Assembly: GCA_964631815.1 (NCBI GenBank)
Contig: CAZWAO010000001.1
Location: forward strand, 1-49,512
Reading direction: 5' to 3'
Length of the DNA: 49,512 nucleotides
Source of the DNA: an uncultured Ignavibacteria bacterium
GTDB lineage: Bacteria; Zixibacteria; MSB-5A5; SM1-73
Below, piece after piece: positions 23,072 to 29,471 of the stretch. The notes beneath the pieces are model-generated. The model ran no database searches, was not told the DNA's origin, and saw only the letters and a program-made list of their open reading frames with translations. Every line of letters begins with the position of its first letter. Within the stretch, counting starts at the first letter, position 1. Made by a program: the position numbers and the translations under genes.

Positions 23072-24364
23072 ATGAATAAGAAGTCGTTTTCATACCATAT
23101 AGGCACTGTGTTTTTCTGTCTGGGCTTTTTCTTTATGGCTTCTTTAGCGAATGCTGAGCCCATCATCGCCGATCACAACTCCGTCGGAGAGTTCGAGAAC
23201 ATCCCCGATTCGCTCATCCAAGCCATCGGAAGCGACTATCTGATCTTCTACGGACACACTTCTCACGGCAGCCAGATCGTGACCGGGATAAGTCTGCTCT
23301 ACGACGAGGATCCTTTCTACGACCCGCCGACATTCTACGAGTATGGGGACGACTTGGGAGGCACCGGAGACACATCCTGGGCACCTCCCACCAGGGCTTG
23401 GCTGAATTCGCATCCGGAGTATAACATGGTCATGTGGTCCTGGTGCGGCGGCTGTTCCGACAATACGGAGCAAGGTATAAACATATATCTTGATGCGATG
23501 AACGGGCTGGAGCAGGACTATCCCGGCGTCAGATTCATCTACATGACCGGTCACTTGGACGGCAGTGGCCCGGAAGGTAATCTTTACGCCAGGAATAATC
23601 AGATTCGGGACTACTGCCTGGCAAACGACAAAACCCTCTTCGACTTCGCGGATATTGAAAGCTACGATCCTGATGGCAATTATTACCCCGATGCCAGCGA
23701 TGCCTGCGAATGGTGCTACGATTGGTGTGCGCTCTATCCTTGCCCCTCTTGCGGCTGCGCTCACTCTCACTGCTTCAACTGCTACCAGAAGGGAGAGGCC
23801 TGGTGGTGGATGATGGCCCGAATCTCCGGCTGGAATCCGGAGTTGGATTCTATTCCGGAAGTCGTGAGCACTTCACCGGCAAATAACCAAATGAATGTGC
23901 CGGTGAACACGAACATTACGGTTACTTTCAGCATCGAAATGGACCAAACCTCGATTAACGATACCACGTTTGTGGTGAGCGCGGAGTCCAGCGGGATTCA
24001 TCCGGGAACGATAACCTACGACAGCCCGACCGAAACTGCAACCTTCGACCCGGACAGCAACTTCCATGAAAACGAGATGGTGAACGTGACGCTGACTGCG
24101 GAAATAGGATCATCCGAGGGGATTCCGTTGGACAGCAGTTACGCCTGGTCATTCACTACGAACATGGGAAGAGGGGACGTAAATGAAGACGGAATCGTGG
24201 ATATATCGGACGCAATCTTTCTGCTGAACTACCTCTACCGGAACGGCCCGGCCCCTGATCCCCTTGAAATCGGAGACGTCAATTGCGATGACCTGGCAGA
24301 TTTGGAGGACGCGCTCTATCTGATAAACTATCTCTTCAAAAACGGACCTTCGCCAGGTTGCTGA
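23072..24364 (+). CDS. Secreted protein: unassigned enzyme-like N-domain, Cys/His-rich knot, Ig-like domain and dockerin
   Basis: ATG 23072 is preceded by GGAGG. The ORF-track start at 22997 lies inside the hairpin repeat. Signal peptide (VFFCLGFFFMASLANA). The Cys cluster CEWCYDWCALYPCPSCGCAHSHCFNC is present. The Ig-like module (23852-24160) is homologous to 16334-16639. Confidence 0.8.
   Translation: MNKKSFSYHIGTVFFCLGFFFMASLANAEPIIADHNSVGEFENIPDSLIQAIGSDYLIFYGHTSHGSQIVTGISLLYDEDPFYDPPTFYEYGDDLGGTGDTSWAPPTRAWLNSHPEYNMVMWSWCGGCSDNTEQGINIYLDAMNGLEQDYPGVRFIYMTGHLDGSGPEGNLYARNNQIRDYCLANDKTLFDFADIESYDPDGNYYPDASDACEWCYDWCALYPCPSCGCAHSHCFNCYQKGEAWWWMMARISGWNPELDSIPEVVSTSPANNQMNVPVNTNITVTFSIEMDQTSINDTTFVVSAESSGIHPGTITYDSPTETATFDPDSNFHENEMVNVTLTAEIGSSEGIPLDSSYAWSFTTNMGRGDVNEDGIVDISDAIFLLNYLYRNGPAPDPLEIGDVNCDDLADLEDALYLINYLFKNGPSPGC
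24173..24361 (+). other. Dockerin-type module (class 1)
   Basis: GDVNEDGIVDISDAIFLLNYLYRNGPAPDPLEIGDVNCDDLADLEDALYLINYLFKNGPSPGC. Confidence 0.8.
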
Positions 24365-24463
24365 TCGCCGATACAGGTCAGTGAGTTTGCTCGACTGGCT
24401 TGATTTTCCTCCTTGAGGTAGGGCGAGAGTTAGCAGCTCATCATCGCACATATGGAAGTTGTC

Positions 24464-24486
24464 CCTTCTCCCCTCTGGGGAGAAGG
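24464..24486. repeat. Perfect 10-bp palindrome CCTTCTCCCC-TCT-GGGGAGAAGG
   Basis: Read directly from the sequence. It overlaps the start of direct repeat DR-1. Confidence 0.7.
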
Positions 24487-24544
24487 CTAGGATGAGGGGC
24501 AGGCACCAAACAGATAGGGCAACCGTTATGCAAGCTGTCGATCT
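24482..24544 (+). repeat. Direct repeat DR-1 (~60 bp)
   Basis: AGGATGAGGGGCAGGCACCAAACAGATAGGGCAACCGTTATGCAAGCTGTCGATCT matches 24680-24740 at roughly 80-85% by eye, with one 1-nt indel. Confidence 0.75.
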
Positions 24545-24627
24545 CAAGTTGCGTCGGGATATTGTTATCCCGACGCGAAGTCAAAGTTTTCGAGAGTGCA
24601 TCGGGACTACAAAGTCCCGATGCAACA
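24544..24627 (+). repeat. Double-hairpin repeat element, copy B (84 bp)
   Basis: Same two hairpins as copy A, with one A/G difference and a 3-nt TTC insertion in the linker. Same orientation, 180 nt downstream of the 24364 stop. Confidence 0.85.
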
Positions 24628-24679
24628 AAGTGTTACCCATGTCCCCGAACACCTGTTACCCATCACTCCGGTCTGTACA

Positions 24680-24740
24680 AAGGTCAGGATGAGGGGCAAG
24701 AATCAGACAGAAGGGCACCCGCTATACAAGCTGTCGATCT
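24680..24740 (+). repeat. Direct repeat DR-2 (~60 bp)
   Basis: AGGATGAGGGGCAAGAATCAGACAGAAGGGCACCCGCTATACAAGCTGTCGATCT. It abuts the stop codon of the minus-strand GyrI-like gene. Confidence 0.75.
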
Positions 24741-25196
24741 TTATGCCTCCTTAACCGGGATGTAAATATACAAATCCAGTTTCCCCTGGTCCGGTCGGAA
24801 GTTGTCATCATAGAACTCGAACTCCGGACCCTGCGTTCGCTGGTAGCCGGACTGAGGCAGCCATTGGCGATAAATCTGCTGAAACGCCTCCTTGATGTTT
24901 TTCAGGTTGCAGGGAAAAACCGCATAGGTCTGCTCGGGCACCTGCCGGCTTTCCATTCCCTGGGGTATATTTGACGCTTCCTCCACCTCCACGGCGGCGA
25001 GATAATCAAACTCGCCGGTTTTCTCGTCATAGTTGTCCATAACTCCGAAGCCGTACCTATTGGCCCTTTGTTTGATTTCGCCCACCCTGGGCATGAACTT
25101 TTCCCACAACTGGGGTATCTCGTTTCTCTCGCTCTTGCCGCGGTACTTCATGCCCACGACCACAAATCCCGGTCTACGAGCTATTTTGGGCTCCAT
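24741..25196 (-). CDS. GyrI-like small-molecule-binding domain protein
   Basis: MEPKIARRPGFVVVGMKYRG...IPQLWEKFMPRVGEI...YGFGVMDNYD...FDYLAAVEV...FEFYDD is typical of the GyrI-like/AraC-effector-binding fold. Start ATG 25196 has an AGGAAG Shine-Dalgarno. The ORF-track start is 25250. It overlaps the ABC-F 3' end by 23 nt. Confidence 0.8.
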   Translation of the reverse strand: MEPKIARRPGFVVVGMKYRGKSERNEIPQLWEKFMPRVGEIKQRANRYGFGVMDNYDEKTGEFDYLAAVEVEEASNIPQGMESRQVPEQTYAVFPCNLKNIKEAFQQIYRQWLPQSGYQRTQGPEFEFYDDNFRPDQGKLDLYIYIPVKEA

Positions 25197-27093
25197 CTTG
25201 TCTTCCTTTTTCCTGGTCTTGCGATCTCGAGGAATCCTCCCATTCGGCATACAACTTCTCCAGCCTTTGGGACAGCTCCTCCTTTTCCTTGTTCAGCTCA
25301 AGGAGCTTCTGCCAATCCGTATAGATTTCCTCTGTGGCCAGGAGGTAGTCGATCTCCTCGATTTTCTGCTCTGCCTGGGTGATCTCTCTTTCTATCTCAA
25401 ACGGATTCCTCTTCTTGGGTTTCCGCTGGGCCTTCCTCGCCCGGACTTTCTCCTTCTGCTGTCTGGAGACCTTTAGTCTCTTCTGCTCTTTCTCTTTCTG
25501 CTCTCTTTTCTTCTCCTCGTAGTAGGAGTAGCTTCCCAGATATTCTTTCAGCTTGCCGTCTTCAAAAGCATATATCCGATTGACCACTTTGTTGAGAAAA
25601 TACCGGTCGTGTGAGACCACCAGAAGCGTGCCTGCGAATTCTGCCAAAGCCTGCTCCAGCACCTCCCTGGAGGCGATGTCCAGATGATTGGTCGGCTCAT
25701 CCAGAATCAGGAAGTTGGGCTTGGAGAGAATAAGCTTGGCCAAAACCACCCGACTTTGCTCTCCACCGGAGAAACTTTTCACTTCCCTGAAGACGTCCTC
25801 TTCCCGAAACAGGAACCTGGCCAAAAAACTGCGCATCTCGCCAAGAAGCATGCGGGGGTTGACCTGCCATACCTCGTCCAGAACCGATTTTTCCAGGTTC
25901 AAACCGGAATGTTCCTGATCATAGTAACCCACGTCGACGTTGGAGCCGACCTTAACTTCGCCGGAGGTGGGGGGTTCATCCCCCAAGATGATTTTAAGAA
26001 ACGTGGTCTTGCCGCAGCCATTGGGGCCGATCAACCCCACCCGGTCGTCCCTTTCGATGGCGAAGTTGGCATTCTCGAAGAGCTGGTTGCCGTCGAATCT
26101 CTTTCCCACGTTTTCGGCCCAGATCAGCGCCCGGGAAGTTCGTTGCGTGGGCGCAAACGAAAACTTCATCCTTCTGGTTCTGGTCTTGGGCTTCTCCAAT
26201 CTCTCCAGCTTCTCCAGGGTTTTTCTGCGCGACTGCGCCTGCTTGGTTTTCTGTCCGGCGATGTTCTTGCGGATGAAGTCCTCGGTGCGAAATATCTGTT
26301 CCTGTTGGGCGTCGTATTCCTTAAGCGCCTTCTCCAGCCTTTGGGCTTTCTGTTCCACGTAGGAGGAGAAATTGCCCACGTACCTGGTTGTGCCGTGGTT
26401 TTCCAGCTCCACCACTTCCTGAATGACCCGGTTCAGAAAGTAGCGGTCGTGCGAGACGATAACCACCGTGCCCTCGAACTCCGAGAGGTATTGTTCCAGC
26501 CATTCAGTCCCTTCGATATCCAAATGGTTGGTGGGCTCGTCCAGAAGCAGCAGGTTGGGATCGGACAAAAGCACGGATGCCAAAGCGGCCCGGTTTTTCT
26601 CCCCCCCGCTCAGTATATTGATGGGCTTGTCAAAATCCTGCTTTCCGAATCCCAATCCCTGAAGAACCGTCTCGATTCTGTTCTCGTAATTGTAGCCGCC
26701 CTTGTTCTCGTATTCCAACTGCAACTTCCCGTAAGCATCCAAAAGCTTCTTGGGATCGGGTGCAGAAGACATCTCCTGTTCCAGCTTGCGCAAGTCGTCG
26801 TGCAGGCTCAGAAGCTCAGAAAAGGGCTTGAGCATCTCGTCGAACAGAGTCAAATCGTCTTCCAATTGATATTCCTGGCGCAAAAAGCCGATCTTCAGAT
26901 GCTTGCTCCTGCTGACCTCTCCCTTATCCGGCTCCAGCTCGCCGGTGATGATTCCGAACAGCGTGGTTTTACCCGCGCCATTGGAACCCAAGAGCCCGAT
27001 CTTTCTTCCTTCCTCGATCTGCCAGGTGATACCATTCAGCACCAAGTTGGCGCCGTAGGATTTTGAAATGTTTCTCAGGTTCAATAAGGTCAT
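25174..27093 (-). CDS. ABC-F family ATPase (Uup-like, with a C-terminal coiled-coil extension)
   Basis: Two ABC cassettes (Walker A GSNGAGKTT and GPNGCGKTT; signatures LSGGEKNR and FSGGEQSR), a basic linker and a K/E-rich C-terminal tail. Start ATG 27093 (MTLLNLRNISKSYG). ORF-track ATG 27153 lies inside the predicted promoter. Confidence 0.9.
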   Translation of the reverse strand: MTLLNLRNISKSYGANLVLNGITWQIEEGRKIGLLGSNGAGKTTLFGIITGELEPDKGEVSRSKHLKIGFLRQEYQLEDDLTLFDEMLKPFSELLSLHDDLRKLEQEMSSAPDPKKLLDAYGKLQLEYENKGGYNYENRIETVLQGLGFGKQDFDKPINILSGGEKNRAALASVLLSDPNLLLLDEPTNHLDIEGTEWLEQYLSEFEGTVVIVSHDRYFLNRVIQEVVELENHGTTRYVGNFSSYVEQKAQRLEKALKEYDAQQEQIFRTEDFIRKNIAGQKTKQAQSRRKTLEKLERLEKPKTRTRRMKFSFAPTQRTSRALIWAENVGKRFDGNQLFENANFAIERDDRVGLIGPNGCGKTTFLKIILGDEPPTSGEVKVGSNVDVGYYDQEHSGLNLEKSVLDEVWQVNPRMLLGEMRSFLARFLFREEDVFREVKSFSGGEQSRVVLAKLILSKPNFLILDEPTNHLDIASREVLEQALAEFAGTLLVVSHDRYFLNKVVNRIYAFEDGKLKEYLGSYSYYEEKKREQKEKEQKRLKVSRQQKEKVRARKAQRKPKKRNPFEIEREITQAEQKIEEIDYLLATEEIYTDWQKLLELNKEKEELSQRLEKLYAEWEDSSRSQDQEKGRQDGAQNSS

Positions 27094-27143
27094 AAAGTGA
27101 TCGTCTTGGTTGAACAGTTGGGAAAACAAAGACGCATGTTCAT

Positions 27144-27172
27144 ACGATAACATGCGCAGCCGGTTTCGTCAA
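27144..27172 (-). promoter_or_regulatory. Candidate promoter TTGACG-N17-TATCGT for the ABC-F gene
   Basis: Read on the reverse strand, ~50 nt upstream of ATG 27093. Confidence 0.4.
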
Positions 27173-27275
27173 CATATTCCGGAATGTGATGGTCGAGCCG
27201 TTGCGCTTTATCGGCGATGAGGCTCACGACTTCAAGTGAAACGAGGGCAAAAGCGAGGTTACAGGTGAGAAGTCT

Positions 27276-29414
27276 TCAGGTTTTCTCTTCTATCGTCGTC
27301 TCCTTCCTTCTGCTTCTGGAGAGAATCATTTCCAAGGCTACCAGGCCGAACGCCACCCATAGGAAGGTCTTCCACAGTTCTTTCCCGTAGCGGGATTGTA
27401 GAATCGATTTTGCTAAGTCGTCCTGGGGCTCAAGGTAGGCAAAGGAAACCCCTTCAAGTCTCTTGTCAAGCTCGGAGATGTCGATCTTCGCGGGATCGGA
27501 ATCTTGGGGGGCGACATTCACCGCAAAGCGATCTACTGTCTCCGGCTGATCGGCAGAGGAACCCAAAAACCTTATGCTGTATATCCCGGGAAGTTCTACG
27601 TCGCTTATGTTCAGAACCAGCTTTTCGCCCTGAAACGATGGATGCAGGGCGGTTCTCTTCATCTGGGGATCCACCACCTCGATTTCCTTTCCGGCCAGAT
27701 CGGCTGGAAGCTCCCGGAAAACCTCCGAGCCTACCAAAATGTTCTCATTCAAACGAGTCAAATCGGAAGCAAGATACTCTACAGACCGATTGATCATGGG
27801 AACGAAGAAGGGATGGATTACCAGATCGCCCTGGGTTTCATCCACCGGCGCCGCTAAAAGCAGCATCTTTCCCTTGCCCAAACTCTTTTCCACCAGCGCC
27901 GGCTTGCCCAAATTGAAACGAATAAGGGTCTTGGTATCTTTCCCGCTCTCCGGCAGCTCGAAGATGCTGGAGAACTTAATGGCTGGAGCGTCTCCCCCTT
28001 CCACCTCGCGGTAGACCTGGAAAATGGGATGCTCCAAATCGATCTTCTCGAAGCTGAAGAAACCTCCCGAGTTCTTGGTGGCCGTCAGCGGACTTTTCAG
28101 GTCAAACCCGAACAACTCTCCGGCGACGTCCTTGGCGTAGAACTCCGGATCGACATTGTCTCCCAGTATGAAAAAGACTCCTCCTCCTTGCTGCACGAAT
28201 CTCTTGAGGTTGGTCAACTGGACCTCGGATAAGCGGGACAGGTTGGAAAGGATCACCACCTGGTAGCGGTTGAAATCCACGCCCGGCAGGGAGCTTAAGT
28301 CCGCCCGGGTGACTTCCTTGCTGGCATCGCCGCTCTGCAAGGGATTGAGAGCCAAACTAAGATAGCGGGTGTCCCTGTCGCTCTGCCCAACCAACAGAAC
28401 CCGGGTTTTCTCCGGAATCCGAAAGGCGAAATACCTCCGGTTGTCGATGAGCAGATCGTCGTCGGTCAATTCGAAAAATCCTGTGTGAATGCCCGCCTGC
28501 TCCACCGTGGGCGCAAACCTGACCGTGGTTTTGCCCTCCTTTTCCACGTCCACGTCAGTCTGGCTGACTCTCTTTCCGTCCAGATACAGGCCCACCAAGA
28601 GGCTCCTAGCGGGCTGGGAGTTGTGGTTGACCACCTGCGCGGATATCTGAAACGGCCTTCCCTTTTCAATCAACTGATTGCCGAAATCGATTTTTTCCAG
28701 AGATAAATTCTGCTTCTCCCCGGGCGCCACATCCACCACAAAGAGTTTGGCATTCTGAGCTTGGGAGCTGGCAAGGTTCGCGGACAGGTCAGACCAGCCG
28801 GCTTTATCCATATCGGTAATCAGGTACATCTCCCGGTTCAGATTCTTGGAATCTCCCAGGATATGGTAACCCAGATTGAGGGCAACTCCTACGTCTGTTA
28901 TCTCCGCCGACAAGGCGGTCTCTTCCAGATGCTTGGTTAGATTCTTGAAATCGGACGTGGGCTGCTGTGTCACCGGTTCGGGCTTGGATGCGAACAGGAT
29001 CAGGCTGGCTTCGTCGCCCTCCTCAAGCTGCGCCAATATCTGCTCTGCTTTTGCCTTGGCCAACTTGAATACCGGTCCGTCTTTGGTATCGTATCCCATG
29101 CTGTACGAGTTGTCCAGAAGAATCACCACCGAGGTCTTGGCATGTGCGCCCACTTTTGTGGCGAAACCTCCCTTTATGGCCGGCCTGGCAAAGGCGGCCA
29201 CCACCAACAGGATGATCAGGGTCCGAATCACCAGAAGCAGGTACTCCACTATCTTCACCCTTCTCATCCTGGTCTTCTCCAAAGACCTAAGAAACAGAAG
29301 GGAGCTGAAAGGTATGGTCTTAACCTTCTGCCGGTTGAAGATGTGAATCAAAAGCGGCAGAAGAATGGCGGCACCCGCCGCCAGAAGTATGATGGGATTT
29401 AGAAAGCTGAACAC
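27276..29414 (-). CDS. BatA-like membrane protein with N-terminal double-TM and vWA domains
   Basis: 712 aa, GTG start with GGGGA Shine-Dalgarno. FLNPIILLAAGAAILLPLLIHIFNRQKVKTIPFSSLLFL (aerotolerance BatA N-terminal motif), MIDAS-like VVILLDNSYSMGY, and a C-terminal TM segment. Confidence 0.8.
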   Translation of the reverse strand: MFSFLNPIILLAAGAAILLPLLIHIFNRQKVKTIPFSSLLFLRSLEKTRMRRVKIVEYLLLVIRTLIILLVVAAFARPAIKGGFATKVGAHAKTSVVILLDNSYSMGYDTKDGPVFKLAKAKAEQILAQLEEGDEASLILFASKPEPVTQQPTSDFKNLTKHLEETALSAEITDVGVALNLGYHILGDSKNLNREMYLITDMDKAGWSDLSANLASSQAQNAKLFVVDVAPGEKQNLSLEKIDFGNQLIEKGRPFQISAQVVNHNSQPARSLLVGLYLDGKRVSQTDVDVEKEGKTTVRFAPTVEQAGIHTGFFELTDDDLLIDNRRYFAFRIPEKTRVLLVGQSDRDTRYLSLALNPLQSGDASKEVTRADLSSLPGVDFNRYQVVILSNLSRLSEVQLTNLKRFVQQGGGVFFILGDNVDPEFYAKDVAGELFGFDLKSPLTATKNSGGFFSFEKIDLEHPIFQVYREVEGGDAPAIKFSSIFELPESGKDTKTLIRFNLGKPALVEKSLGKGKMLLLAAPVDETQGDLVIHPFFVPMINRSVEYLASDLTRLNENILVGSEVFRELPADLAGKEIEVVDPQMKRTALHPSFQGEKLVLNISDVELPGIYSIRFLGSSADQPETVDRFAVNVAPQDSDPAKIDISELDKRLEGVSFAYLEPQDDLAKSILQSRYGKELWKTFLWVAFGLVALEMILSRSRRKETTIEEKT

Positions 29415-29471
29415 TTTTCCCCGTCGGTCTACCTGTTTTGACGTCGACTAATGATTCGATCCGGCCGACTC

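Noticed and set aside
22954-24627. Hairpin repeats considered as a CRISPR array or integron attC sites
   Set aside because: There are only two full copies, 1.6 kb apart, bracketing a normal gene. There is no regular repeat-spacer periodicity and there are no cas genes. The termini read GTTGC...GCAAC rather than the RYYYAAC...GTTRRRY attC layout, and no integrase is present.
25684-27066. 460-aa ORF antisense to the ABC-F gene
   Set aside because: The opposite strand encodes a textbook double-cassette ABC-F. The antisense product has no motifs and a biased composition.
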